A DNA stretch of 64,000 nucleotides from the human T2T-CHM13v2.0 reference genome, Homo sapiens. The position numbers and the translations under genes were made by a program. The stretch is from NCBI RefSeq assembly GCF_009914755.1, contig NC_060936.1. One strand, written 5' to 3'. The notes under the pieces are model-generated. The model saw nothing but the letters and a program-made list of their open reading frames with translations, had not been told where the DNA came from and made no database searches. Below, piece by piece: positions 32,521 through 49,170 of the stretch. How positions within the stretch are numbered: position 1 is the first letter of the stretch; the number at the start of each line of letters is the position of its first letter.

Positions 32521-34291
32521 TCATATATTCAACAAATATTTAGTGGGCGCCTAAATATATGTCAGATACTATTCTAGGCACAGAGGTGATCAGCACTAGG
32601 CATGCAAATAATTCTGCCCTAAAAGAGCTTACATTCTGGCAAAGGAGAGCATCAGAGCTGTCTTGACTGGTATACAACATTTCACATTCAAATGATTATT
32701 TTGTTCCAACACAGAATATTCTGCCTCAGGTGCTATTTCAGTCATATAGATATAACTGAGGAGGATAAAGGGTATACATTTGTTTTTCTACTTACCACAT
32801 AGGTATCATTCTAAAAAAGCAGTGCTAATATTGTAGCATCCTATCTGATAACTACAGTTACCTGTATCTGAATGTTTTTGTAAATTTTATAATGTCTTCA
32901 GGTCTATGTGACTTTTAAAATATCCAAAATTGATGTGGATTACTCATCAAAATTTGAAATGGTAATTTTTAGCCATGAAGTAGAAATGAAAAATGAAAAT
33001 GATTGCTTCAAGATTCTGCAAGATGTTTTGCTGTAATTGTATACCAGGCTTAATAACGGTCGAGTCTGACATACACGTTCCAACATTCTGTTGGAATTAA
33101 TTGAGGTAAAATATTTGTGGATCTTTTCTTTCTTTTCTTCTCTGTGTATTTATAATTCAAATGAATGAAAGGAGCCTGATTACTAACTGGAGAGTTCACC
33201 AGGTTACTTTTTTCTTTTTTCTGGTTAAAGCTGCATAGCCACAATTTATTGTTACTTGTTACCTGTCTCCATCCTCAGTATTATCTGGTGATCAAGTTGC
33301 ACTGAGAGATGCTATTTTTGTATAATGCCACAGGACATATGCATAGAAGTTTTTCACATCTTACGTTATGTAACTGAAAGGCATTAGAGCTAGTTCCAAA
33401 TGAATCTTTTTGTTTAACCAGTTCCTAAAGAACTCATCTTTTATATGTACCAGCTGTATCATACAGTTGAACAATTACAATTCTTAGAGGTCACTGTGTG
33501 TCCCATTTACCATATAAATAGCAGTGTGATGGTCTGGAACCGTTCGATTTCTTATTTTCCTTATATGCCTTCTTTCTGGTGTAAAAGCATTAAGGAATTT
33601 TGACATAATGATAAGCTGCTATTTAAAGTCCTCACTTGTGAAGATTGGAATGCAATGCATTCAGAAGAAATTTACAAGCTATGCATTCATCAGAGGTTAG
33701 AGCCAACAACAATGAGCATTGTTTGAAGGCAGGAAACAATTTACATTTCAAATTTCTGTTACCTTGATTACTTTGACCATGGAGGTGATTATCAAAAAAA
33801 TTTAATAAGATTTTTAAGATTCTTATACAGTCTTATAGGAAGCAAAATATCTTCGTGATAACTAAATACATGTAATTGCTAGCCAGATGTTTTGTTTTTG
33901 TAATGCCAAATAGCTGGATGTTAAGAAACATTGGTTAATTGTGTTTTTAAAGTTTTTTTCTTTTTTTAAATGTGAATGTATGCTTGCCATAATGTGGTCA
34001 GAGTTACACGGTCAACATCAGAACATGGCTGTTTTGTAGTTTTATATCATAATACTAATACACAATCTCAAAAGTATATCTGGAAAAGATTTCTTTGCTA
34101 TGTAGAATTCTCCCTGATTTCTGAAGAAATTACATCCAGTTGTATAGGGATGTTTATAAGAATAATACAAGGACAAGTGATCATTATCCAATTAAATTGG
34201 TATTTTGCAGGAGAGGACCTAGCAAAGCCGGGGTTACACATCAAAATGGAACAGAAGAAAGCTTAATTTCAACTCAAGAAACTGGAGAATT

Positions 34292-34596
<305 letters not shown>

Positions 34597-34857
34597 AAGA
34601 AACTGGAGAATGAACTGAAGAATCAATTTATAGATCACTTCATCATCTAAAGTGAGCAAAACAATCTCTTGTGGCAGTTGGAATAATTGGTAATAATTGG
34701 CACATTGGCTGAAATTTCCACTAAGTGAAATTGCTGCAACAATTAATATTTTAATAATATAATGATTGTATTTAATATATTTCATAATATAATGATTTAA
34801 TAATATAATATTGGGTATATATAGAGATCTATCTATGTATCTATCTATATAAAGTGA

Positions 34858-35877
<1,020 letters not shown>

Positions 35878-36701
35878 ATGTATTTCGTTATATTTAAACA
35901 AAACTCTGTGTTGATGAGAATAGGAGAACCTTTCCCCCATTTATTTTGTATCCTTCTTTAGTTCTCTGAAGAGCTCTGTATAACATTCTAGATACTCAGT
36001 TAAATGCTTGTTTATTCTAAAAATGTCCCAAAATTCAACAGCCAAGACTTTGGCATTGTAACTTATGAGTTGCCTATAGAGAAAAACAAAACATCTCCTT
36101 TCTGTATGCTAAATGCCTCCAGGTACTTTTTCCCAAGCGTGTTTTATCTGAATCAAAAAGTAACACAAATTAACAAAAGTCTCCAAAAGTTCTTATTTCA
36201 GTTACTCATTTATTCAACATACATTTAGTAAACAGATACTTTATGCAAAGCCTGTTGCTATGCACAGAAGGGGTATGAAAGAGAAAAGGGAAGGGGGGAA
36301 TATTCCTTCTGGAGGAGGCACAATGGCCCATGCACTGTGCTAAGCATTTGATATCTGTGGGGCTATCCGAAGACATAGCTACTGCCTTCAACACGTTTGC
36401 AGTCTAGCAAGGAGGTATGACGGGTACTATTCCTATAGCGAGGTAAAATGGGAGCATGTGCCACAAGACAAGTACAAACTGGACTGCATGTTAGAGTGGA
36501 CAGGAAGAGACCACTTTCAAGTTGGGAGGTCAAGAAATCCCAGCTGAGAATTGGCTAGAATTTCAAGGATTTCAATAGGAGAGCGTAGTATGTGGTGGCA
36601 GAAGTTGGGGAATCTAGAAGTCGGCATAGGTAGATGTGTGATGTAAAGAGTATGGGTAGGAAAGAAGTGGGAACTATTTGAGCAAAAAGAAATGCAGTTT
36701 A

Positions 36702-36976
36702 GACCAGGCGCAGTGGCTCACACCTGCCATCCCAGCACTCTGGGAGGCCAAGGTGGGTGGATCTCTTAAACCCAAGAGTTCGAGGCTAGCCTGGGCAACA
36801 TGATGAAACCTTGTCTCTACCACAAATACAAAAATTAGCTGGGCATGGTGGAAGGATCACCTACCTGAGCCCCAGGAAGTCGAAGCTACAGTGAGGTGTA
36901 ATGGCACCACTGCACTCCAGCCTGGGTGACAGAGCAAGGTCCTGTCTCAAACAAAACAAAACGAAACTAAACGACA
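36702..36976 (+). mobile_element. AluJ with internal deletion
   Basis: TSD aaagaaatgcagtttag on both sides. Confidence 0.9.
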
Positions 36977-38724
36977 GAAAGAAATGCAGTTTAGGTGGTG
37001 AATAGGGCACACCAGAGCCTCCTGAACATGTCAGACCAAAAGAATTACTTCTGTAAGTGTTCGTATCTGTGGGAATTAAAAAAAAAAAAAAAAAAGAGGT
37101 TTCTTTTTAGGTTTCGCCTAAATCTATTAACTCAGAATCTCAGGGGTACTTTTTTTTGGCAAACGCTTTTCTTTTTAAAGCAAGTACTCGAAGTGATTGC
37201 TAACATCAGGTAAGTTTGGGAAGTCCTTGGAATGTGAGGGCTGGAATGATAAAGGGAGGCCCTGCACTTGGATTGTATTCAGAAGGCAATCTGTTGCATG
37301 CAAGAATTCCCACCTATTTGGTCAATAAGCAAAATATTCCTAAATTGTCTTTGTCTGTATGCCTTTGACTCTTCAGTCACATTCTTTTAGACATTTGGGA
37401 ACCTAGGTCGCTCAGGTAAATGTGACACAAGGCCAGCCCTCCCCATGTTGAAGAATTGTGACACTGTGGAGACAGAGCGTGGATCCACACAGTCCAAGTG
37501 GAGCAGGCAGCTGCTGCTAAGAGCTTCTCTTTCACTGAATTGGGCCATGTTCTCTGTGGCATGTTTAAATAGCCCTTTAAAGGCAGTAAAAATGGGTTTC
37601 TATTGCTCAATCCCTCCTCTGTGGTTGCCCCACTGACAGGACTGAGACATGTATTGAGTGGATGGGAAATGTCATTCTGGCTTGGTCTCTTCTGTCTCTA
37701 TTATTTTAGAAGTGAACGCTCACAAGCTGTTAGGGAATGGATGAACAAAATGAAAAATCACTGGTGCTAGATCCAAGTCTTTTAATTTTTATTAACAAAT
37801 GCTCTCTTATCTGGACCATAGGGCATGATGGCCTTTGGAATGCCCAAGGAGAGGACCTTCCCTTTTCATTTTGTCTCCTTCTCTTTATTTGTCCCCTTTC
37901 TATTTTATCTTTCTGGACCCAAGTCCTCATTTCTAAACGCATCTCTTCTTGGCTCTACTTCCCAGACTGGCTCCCTCATGCCTTCCCCTGAGTCTCTGGT
38001 CTCCTTAGCTGTCTGTGTCCCCTCTTCCTGCAGCTTCCCACCCCTTCATCATCTGAACTCATCCTCAGCCTCTCCAGAGCAACATCATGATCTCTTCACT
38101 CTCTCTCAACCTCCTTGCTTTTCACCCTTGCCCATGAACTCCATCAACCCATTTCCAGCTTCCCCTTCCTTGACTTCTTGTCCTTTTCTTTTGGTGCTGC
38201 TACTCTATGCCCGGTTGTCCAGCTTCATTCTTCCCGTCTCCATGTTTCCTTCAACATCTCTGCCTCTTCCCATCCTGCTCCTGGCTGCCCTTGATCTGCT
38301 TAAAATTACAGTAATATCACTGAATTCTGCTTCGAGGTAGACTGGAAGAGTGGTTGGGACCAGAAATTAAGAAGAAAGGTGGTCAAGGGCATTCACTGGT
38401 TCTTGGGCTCCACTGCCCGTTTTCAAGTTCAGACTGTGTGGTCTTTGTAAGTGCCTCTTTGTGCTTCATCTTAATCTTTCAAATGGGCCTGCTAGCAGTA
38501 TGCAAGTTATAAGGCTATTATGAGCATTGAATAAGCTCATATATGTCAAACACTTAGAACAGGGCCTGGCATGTAAATACCGTGAAAGTGTTCATTGTTA
38601 TTTCTCTATTTGATCTGTGTCCTGTAACTGCTTCCTTTTTCATTCACACTGAATATGTCTGCACATTTCCCAGGTTATAACATTGGTATAGTATTTGTAA
38701 AAATTTTTTAAAATATTATTTCTT

Positions 38725-39059
<335 letters not shown>

Positions 39060-39595
39060 TTAAGATGAAAAACTTTAGTATTTGCTTTCTACAGTGTATG
39101 TATAAGCTGGTGTACAACAGAGAAGATGCAAGCTCCCTTTCCACTGCATGTCTGCTCAAAAAATGACTAGTCCATCTTTGTGAGCAGAAAGTTCAAAGCC
39201 AAAGTTTGGTTGATTCAAGTAATTCCTCTTTGCTAATATACACTGAGAAATGGTGAGCCGTTCTTTTATCTTTTCCCTATTTGTCTTTAGCTATGTTCAT
39301 CGACCTAAACTTGACAGTTTGTGTTATGCTCATGGACTAGAAATTGAAATTGCAGAAAATAAGGAAGAAGGAATTGAAAGAAGAGACTAGAAAGGGGGCA
39401 TTTTACAAATTGTGAAAGATGAATATCAGCACCTTGTTTTAAAACGAGAAATGGATCTCCAGAGAGGAAGGACCGATCATCCTTTAAAGTAAAAGGTCTA
39501 TAAACTGTCATGCATCAGATTTACCTGAAGGAGTCTATCCTCAGGCTTCTGACAAGTTCAGAGTTGCATTTTAAAGAAACTCCCAGGTGATGCTG

Positions 39596-39941
39596 TGATA
39601 TAGTTTGGCTGTGTCCCCACCCAAATCTCATCTTGAATGGTAATCCCCATAATCCCCACGTGTCATGAGGGACCTGGCGGGAGGTAATTGAATCATGGGG
39701 CGGTTTTCCCTCACGCCGTTCTCGTGATAGAGTTCTCACGAGATCTGATGGTTTTATAAGCGTCTGGCATTTCTCCTGCCCGCATTCATTCTCTCTCTTG
39801 CTGCCCTGCCTTCTACTGTGATTGTAAGTTTCCTGAGGCCTCCCCAGCCATGCAGAACTGTGAGTCAATTAAACCTTTCTTCTTTATAAATTACTCAGTC
39901 TTGGGCATTTCTTCATAGCAGCTTGAGAATGGGCTAATACA
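39596..39941 (+). mobile_element. THE1 (THE1C/D-like) MaLR solo LTR inserted in a MER5A relic
   Basis: tgatatagtttggctgtgtccccacccaaatctcatcttgaat...ctaataca; 5-bp TSD tgctg; MER5A halves at ~39490-39595 and ~39947-39985. Confidence 0.92.
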
Positions 39942-40201
39942 TGCTGCTATAGTCCAGGGACCATACTTTGAGAAATACTGCCATAGACTTTTCTTCCTGT
40001 CCCTTCATAACACTTTATTCTTTCCTTTTTGTTCATTAAAAATAGTAGTATCTCCCTTAATAATAGGGAGATATTACTGCTCTAAAATAATTTCATTCTT
40101 CATTGGCGTTAATGCCATTTATTGTACTTTCTATTATCTTTATTTGTAAAGTTGTCCTCATTCACATACAATGAATTCTTCTCTTCCTCCTGAGCCCTCA
40201 T

Positions 40202-40253
40202 CACCAGCTCCACCTGCCTGAGTCTGCTAGCACCAGCTCCACCTGCCTGAGTC
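40202..40253. repeat. 23-bp direct duplication (29-bp period)
   Basis: caccagctccacctgcctgagtc at 40202-40224 and 40231-40253. Confidence 0.9.
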
Positions 40254-40509
40254 AGCACACCTGAACCCCGGCTTCTTACTTGCAAATCCTGCCCAAATGA
40301 CCAATACATACTGAAATAGAGACTTTCTACCAGGTTAGAGTATGGAAAAGAAGGGTCTTGAGGTTGAGCTAAAGCAAGAGAATTACCACCAAGAGTTTTC
40401 CAGGAGTGTGCTCAGCCAGAAGGGAGAGAGCAAAACAACAGGGTCAGAAGCTCAAATGCTGGGTGACAGACATGGTGATGTATGGAGCTGAATGTTAGCA
40501 CGAGGACCA

Positions 40510-41460
40510 TAATAGACACCTATTGCTTTTGCCTTCCTATCCCCCAATGTCTCTCTCTCTTTTTTTTTTTTTTTTGGTGGAGCATCTGACTTTACTTTTA
40601 AGGAACTTTTTTTCTTTTATATTTTGTAGGTCTAATTTGAGGCCCTACTTTCCCAGCCCCAGGTATGGGCTCTAGGCTTTTCAATGAGAGTAGCTCATGC
40701 TCTGGTTGGGGTGACTTGTGGCTGTCTGGACATGTGGCCCCAGGGGGCTATTCTGAGTCCTTTGAAGCTTGAGATGGAGGGAAAAGAAGACCACTCTTCT
40801 TTGGAAAGTTCAGAAGCTAAAATTATGTCCATTAGGGCTGCTGGGGACTACACAGTCTTCCATTTGGAGAAACCATTCCTGAAGATGAAGTCAAGACTAA
40901 AGAAATCAGGATAAGGAGAGAGATGGAGAGGGAGAAGAAGAGGGAGTTCAGTTATTTGAATCCCTGAATCTAGCTACGCCGGAAGCCAAACTACTGTTGG
41001 AGTTCTCAGTTATGTGAGCCAATTAAGACTCTTTTTTGCTAAAACCACATAAATTGGGTTTCTGTCATTTGCAATAGAAAAAAAAAGTCCAGAAGGTCAT
41101 TAAAAATGTTGCTTTGGTCTATGGGATATCCATATCCTGTCACCTTGGTTTTTCCTTTGAAACCTCCCTCATTTCCCTACTCTCAAGTGTATGGATAGTG
41201 ACACTTGGCTTGGCCAATCTGTGATTTCCATCTTCTAGGCCACAGCAATTGGTTCAGGGATGAGCACAAGGTGTAATCCAGGTCTGGGAGACTCATTTCT
41301 GGATTTTTTTTTTAATGAAGTGTTGGAAACGTAAAGCTAATTTTTTTTCCTGAAATTGCAGTGCTAGAGGACATCAGCCTGGGTCTGTTGGGGTGATTAT
41401 ATAGGATGGGCTTGTGTGAAAGCCAAGCCCACAGAGAACATTTGGATGTAGGAAGATCAA
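40510..41460 (+). mobile_element. Old MLT1 (J/K-like) LTR fragments
   Basis: tttgaatccctgaatctagctacgccggaagcc...cagttatgtgagccaat...ttgggtttctgtcatttgcaa; ggccacagcaattggttcagggatgagcac. Confidence 0.6.
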
Positions 41461-42399
41461 GGCTGATGACATCAAGATTCAGAACAGCTGAGGTTAAGAG
41501 GTTCAAGAAGCTTAAAAACACATTAAAGAGAATTGTTAATCAGCTGCAGAGTGCACATGTTTAGAATCACAGTAAATCATGGTCAACTTAAGCAGATTTT
41601 CCTAATTGGCTTTGTGTTCCGAAAGATTTTAGTTGCAGTTTTAGCCAAAGTTTTTTCTGTCTTTTGCTCCATTATATATAAGGATAAAAATGATTCTTAC
41701 TGAAAATTATGATAGAATCAGAATTTCAGTACTGAAAGGGACCTTAGAGTTTATCTAGCCTTGCGGTTTCCAAGTTATGGGCCATATCATTTTTACAAGT
41801 GGTCCCTAAATTCATATGTGTCACAAACATCATTCTGCAGATAAAAAAATGCTTATATCTGGGACACATATGTGGATTATCATTTTTCAAATGAATGCAG
41901 GTGGTGCTATGATTATGTTAGAATTCATTTAATGTTTGGACAGAAAGCCCAGTACCATTTATCAATCAGTAAAGCCATTTTTTTCAATCAGTAGAAACGT
42001 TTACTACCAACCTTTTAGTAGGGGGAAGAATCTGAAAACTGTTGATGTTAACATATTTCACCTAACTGAAAGGATTTTAAAACATATCCCTGGCCCAAAA
42101 TGTTGATTTGTAATAAGTGAAGAATCTAAGAGGTTACATGACCTGTCTGAACATTTGTAGTGGTTCTGTGCTACTTTTGTCATGGTGCAAGGCTGTGGAA
42201 AGGTGGCTACCTAGGGGACATGGTACCTACGTGGTACATGGAGAAGAGGTGAAGAGTCTTGTGTCATTATATCTCTGCCACCTGTAATCCTCAACACCAT
42301 CCCTGGCTCCTGGGTGTCTTCCTGCCCTGCCCATCCTTTTGTGCCCCTTCCCCTGGCTTGCTGCACTCTTGTCACATGACTTCCTTCCGGTGTTTTGGA

Positions 42400-43166
<767 letters not shown>

Positions 43167-43749
43167 CTAAGGTGCTTAAATTCCTGCTCTCTCTGCTCCT
43201 CTACCTCTGTTATGCCAAATTTCACATTCTCATGCTTCATTTTTACCTTTTCTGTCCCTGTAACTAGTCTTGGAACTCTTCAAGGGCAGAAACTGTATTG
43301 TATTTATCTTTATATCTATGTATCTATTTTTATCTAAAATGTGAAGAGAAGGCCCACCTGCAAGCTTGTGACATAACCAGAAAACTATGTCCTATATACA
43401 GCCCTCCTAAAAATAGCCCAGCATGTGCTCTGGTATAATCTGACTCAGATGCTTTATGTAGTAGAATTTCAGGAATATGCCTGTCTTTACACACTCATTA
43501 AAACCCCTGAATTGAGTTAGTCTTTTAAGTGTATTTCAGCAACTGCTATGATAAGATGAATGTATTATCCCGGATTTAACGAGAAGCAGAAGCTCCATGA
43601 ACTGTGAGCATTCCGTTGCTTCACAAACACCCCTTCTCTACTTAAACTCAAGTAAAAGCTAAAGGGTTGAAGGATGTGTGGGCTGGGAAGACCACCCAAG
43701 AATAATGTCGTATTTACTGTAATGTATAAGCACAAACTTTTAGGGTTAT

Positions 43750-43930
43750 ACACCATGGGTTTGAACCTTAGCTTTGCTACTAACTACCTGTGTGGCCTTA
43801 GCAGGACTCTCTTTCTCTAAGCTTTATTTTCTTTGCAGCTCAGTAGAGAGAATAACAGTACCTGCTTTATAAGGCTGCAGGGAGCATCGTGGAAAGCAAG
43901 CATGTGAAGTACTCTGCACAGGCCTGACTT
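43750..43930 (+). mobile_element. MIR
   Basis: gggtttgaaccttagctttgctactaactacctgtgtggcctta...aataacagtacctgc...gcatgtgaagtactctgcacaggcctg. Confidence 0.7.
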
Positions 43931-44270
43931 GAGGGCTCAGGGCCATAACTACTGCTTCCCCTCCCTCAGTAGGAGGCAGATGGGTGGGTGGGAGGCAGGT
44001 AGGTGGGTGGGTGGAGCTCGAGTAGCAGGAACATCCTGGATGAGACAGTGCTGCCTCTTCTTTCTCTGCAGCCAGAGTGGTAAATGGGAGAGGAGTAAAA
44101 AGGTCCCGGGGAATAGAGAACAAACTTATCCAAGCCATGATCAACCATTTGTTCTTTGGGGCAAGGAGTGGGGTTGGGGGTTGGGGTATGAGTGACTTGA
44201 AGATAAAGGTGGGACATCTAACTGACATTGGTTATAACGGTAAGTTTGTTTCAGTAAGAATAAAATATCA

Positions 44271-44575
44271 GGCTGGGCATGGTGGCTTATGCCTGTAATC
44301 TCAGCACTTTGGGAGGCTGAAGTGGGAGGATCGTTTGAGCCCAGGAGTTTGAGATCAGCCTGGACAACAAGACGAAAACCTAGCTCTGCAAAAAATACAA
44401 AAATTATCCAGCCGTGGTGGTGTGTGCCTGTAGTCCCAGCTACCTGGGAGGCTGATACTGAGGGTGTGAGGATCACCTGAGCCCAGGAAGTCGAGGCTAC
44501 AGTGAGCTGAGACCATACCACTGCACTCCAGCTTGGGCAACAGAGGGAAACCCTTTTTTTAAAAAGAAGTAAAAA
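44271..44575 (+). mobile_element. AluJ
   Basis: TSD aagaataaaatatca at 44256-44270 and 44576-44590. Confidence 0.92.
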
Positions 44576-45718
44576 AGAATAAAATATCAAAAGACCTTGA
44601 GGAAGGAAGACAAAACAGATACACTTAAAATACAGCTCAATGGCAGATCCTGGAATAAAACATTGTCTTAGAGCTTCCTGGCAGCTGTGGACTCTGACGT
44701 ATTTTCATCGTAGATTTTAAGTTTTTGTTTTTCTTTGCATAATGCCTAATTTACATGCTGATTTCTCCTGAAACCTGATGTTGAATTGTTGCTTTTTTTA
44801 AATGGAAAGGATTTAGATTAGATCATGGAGTGAAAGAATACTGTAGTTTATAAAGTGCAACACAAATGTAAAAATAATCGTTAAAGCATTCTAACTCCAA
44901 TGAACTATCTTCTCCTTAGTTCCTTCTAATCCACTCTCCAGACTTGACCAGAGGGTTATTCCTAAAACACAATCTGGTAACATGTTTCCTTTGCTTATAG
45001 TCTCTGTCCTCCATACTTACCGCAGTAATTGTCATTTTCTTTATATTAAGTTTTTGTTAAATGGTCTAAAATCACACTGTATTAAAAGCAGCAATCTTTA
45101 CTCTTTCCTTCCCCAGTCCTGTTCCTCAGAGCAGAGTTTATAAAACTACCTCAGTGTTCAAGTGCTCATAACACTCAAGTGCATTGGTAGGGTTTCTAGG
45201 ACTTAAAAAATTATTTAAAAAATGTAACTATCATAACCACTTACAGTAAGTTGGGAAATTACCAAAAAAAACTGTGCCTTTGCTTGTATTGCCCTAATGG
45301 TACCATAGTTTAACCATTATCATATTGTTGGCTGGACCCCAAATTATATAATTGCCTTAATTTGGGGCCACTTAAATTATTTCCAATTCTTATTGCTATA
45401 ATCTATGGAAAACATCTTTTTTGAATTTATTTTGTTTATATTAAAATATAAACATATATTTCAAAATTGTTTCCTTAGGGTTGATAGTCCAAATGGCAAA
45501 ATCTGGGCCAAATAATACAAATACTTTTATGGATCATGAAACTCATAAACTATCTTCAAAAATGATTTGCCACTGTCCGGTGCATCCAGAAATACATTCA
45601 AGTACTCTTTTCACCTCATCCTTGCTATTCCTTTTTTGATTTTGACTAATGTCTCATTGTTTTGAAATCTAGACCTTTACAAAATTCTCTAAGTATTATT
45701 CTTGGTGGGAAACATTAA

Positions 45719-45997
<279 letters not shown>

Positions 45998-48851
45998 TAA
46001 AATACTGAAACTTTATTGTTTTCAAACTCTTAATTATGAAATTACCAGATATGATGCGTTCTAGCATTATTTTCTCGTACATTTAGAATTTCTACCTTGT
46101 TTTATTTCCTGCAGCTTGTTGCTGTAGGAAAAGGTATGGTGAATCACATGCCATTTTGTGTTGGCCAAGAAAATAACTCCATCTCTAGTTGTCTGGCACA
46201 TCTTGACAAAATATATGGTGCAGTTTAGGAGTGTTTCAAAGGCTTCTTACTCCAAAATTTGGGGAAAAAACTATCCATTGCTTGCATATGTGAGCATAAA
46301 ATGATTCACTTGGTATTAATGCCTTTAGGTTCTTTGATTGACTAGGGTATATGAGAGAACTAAGATAAAGGAACACTCATTAAAGGCAGATAAAGACTTG
46401 ATACTTTTTCTTTATTCACTGGGTAAGATTTATAGTATGGTAATCAGAAATTCCAAACTGGCTCTCAGGCATTGTATCTACATGATGCCAACTTTTGTAA
46501 GTGAACTGAAAATTTTGTTCTCAAACCATTGCTTCATGCTATTTTTCACCAGGGCAAATAAGCAGATTGATCTCAGGAACCAGAGGTTGCATGGATGGCT
46601 GGTCCAATTGATCCGCCTGTCCTAATGGATCATTGTGTAACAGGGAGGAAAAACAGGAAACTTGATTTAGGCACCATTTTGATCAGAGACTGAAGTCAAA
46701 TGATGTGAGTACTTCAGGTCATTATGATTCCTTTAGTTAACTCCATCCTGTAGAGTAGGGAGCTCTGCTGATGTCACCTCAGTCATGCTTATGACAATAG
46801 AATTATTTTTCAGGGGGTCAGTATTTGGTAGTTTTGAGAGAAGGTTCAGTTTTACTAGAGGAATGTTATAAATGCAATAGTTTTATTATAATTTCCATGT
46901 AACTTTTGAAGAGGAAGAACATACATGGTTTTCTCAAGAGTGAAAAACAATTGTCAGCAAACAATTTGTTGTGAAAAAATGCCCTTTAACTTTTATAGAT
47001 GTTTGTGTCTGTCCAATCCTGGCTTCTTCTCAGTTTCTCAGAACCCTCATCCATCCCACCCACCCCATCCCAGAATTTGTATGACCCCTGGCAAAACACA
47101 AAAGTCCTCTCCCCACTAATGAGAGGTTTGGGAAACATATTCTCTTGTGTGTTATTCCCCAAATAGTTGTTTCATACCATTCTTCAGAGGCAAATAAATG
47201 ATCTGTGCTAAGGAATCAGTTTCATGGGTGTTTAGAAAAATGGATCCATCTGCCTTAATGGATAATTGTGTGACAGAGTTAAACAACAACAATAACAAAC
47301 ACACTTAGCCTTCAAGCTTTGGGGCTGCAGTGCCTGGAGATCAGCCAGATCTTTCCTGTTCAGTGACAATAAACATGTGGTAGTGTCCTGAACCAATGCT
47401 CATCTTGGGAGGAATTCAAGATTGGGGGTAGGGTGTGGAGGTACAGAGAGGGAACCTACTGTTTGGTGCCTTTCTGCTAAAATCGTAGTCCTAGCCTTTC
47501 AGCTATTTTCTTCCTTAGCCCCTCTTTAACATTCCCTCAAGCCCCCACTCCCTGCACATGCAGAATGAGTGTGCTTCCTCCAACCACCAATCTCTCTATC
47601 CCCTGAATCCCCTACGCAGAGGAAGAGCCCAGCCCTGTGCCCTGCCTTGTTGCCTTATCCATAATAGTCAAGTCTCTTGGAGCTGGGCATCTTTTCACAC
47701 TACCTTAGCTTTGTATTCATCTAACTTTTGCACTTAGAGATTTATTATGCCCTGGGACTATTTCCTCAGCTCAGAAGCCTGGAGGTGGGTTGCAGAGCTT
47801 TGCTGTTCTTCCTCATGAGGGCTGCACCTCTGCCAAAATATTTTTCTTCCTGCTGCTGCTTTTTCACAAGGTTGTTCTCTTGTCCCTTTCCCCATGCTGG
47901 GCAATCCGTCCTGTGCTGTGGTTGGGTCAGCCTGCTTTTTGGAAGGTATTTTTTACATTTGCTTCAGTTGTTTGGATTCTAAGGCAGGGTACACCCTCTC
48001 TGTGGTCTACGTGTGAAAATGCACATTTACAAAACAAAGCCAATATAAATGGATTATGCTGTTGACTTAATAAGAACAAAATTTTCTAGCAACAGGGAAT
48101 AGAAATGTAAATTTAGTTTTTGGTGATTCATTACTTAATAGGAAATATTCCAATTCAACATTTGTAAATAAAGTAAAAGTACAATTTACTTATTCATCTG
48201 TTTAGTCAGCATATATTATTTGAGCATCTATTATGAGTCAGCTTTCACACTAAGTAATGAAGACACAAAGAAGAATGAAACAATTCCCAACCACATTGGG
48301 AAATCTGACAGTCTAAGGGAAGAGACACATACAAAAAGAGGTCATTTGAAAACAATGTGATATTCTAGTAACAGGATATACACAGAGGATTAAGGGAATA
48401 TGAATAAATGAATAATTGAATGAGTGAATGAAGTTTTCTATTTCCTTTAATGTAATAGAAAACAAGTAGTTCAATGGCTACTTACTGGATATAGAGGGTT
48501 GAAAATAAATCTGCACTTAAAAAAACACTCCTCCTATAAAGGCGTGGGTTTGCATTCTTTCTCCTGAAACTGGGCAGGTGTTTTCACTATATTTCCCAAC
48601 AGTGTGTGATGAAAGTGATGCTGTGTGAATTCCAAAGTGAAGACAAAATGTGATGCTAATACTGCCTTGCTGGAGCTCCAAGCACCATGCTGTGAGAAAG
48701 CCCAAGGTAGCCTATGTAATGACACTACATGGAGAAGCCCTGAGCATACATGAATAAAAGAGCTGCCCAGCATCTCCCATCTGCTCCAACCCACCTACTG
48801 TTCCAGCCACTATCTGACAGCAAACACACGAGAGACCCTAAGCCAGAGCCT

Positions 48852-49170
48852 TTTTTAAAAATTTTATTTGTTTTATTTTATTTTTTGAGATGGAGTCTTA
48901 TTCTATTGCCCAGGTTGGAGTGCAGTGGTGCCATCTTGGCTTACTGCAACCTCTACTCCCGGGTTCAACTGATTCTCCTGCCTCAGCCTCCTGAGTAGCT
49001 GGGACTATAGGCACGCATCACCATGCCTAGCTGATTTTTTTTTTTTTTAATTTTTAGTAGACACGGTTTCACTGTTTTGTCCAGGCTGTTCTTGAACTCC
49101 TGACCTTAAGTAATCTGCCTGCCTTGGCCTCCCAAAGTGCTGGGATTAGTGAGCCACTGAACCCCACCCT
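48852..49170 (-). mobile_element. AluS nested in the MLT1 LTR
   Basis: Dimeric Alu. Confidence 0.9.

Noticed and set aside
33040-33110. Possible coding exon (ccag|gctt...gag|gtaaaa)
   Set aside because: Weak acceptor and stop codons in all three + strand frames.
37825-38340. 171-aa Ser/Pro/Leu-rich ORF
   Set aside because: It lies in a pyrimidine-rich tract where stop codons are depleted by composition; no recognisable domain.
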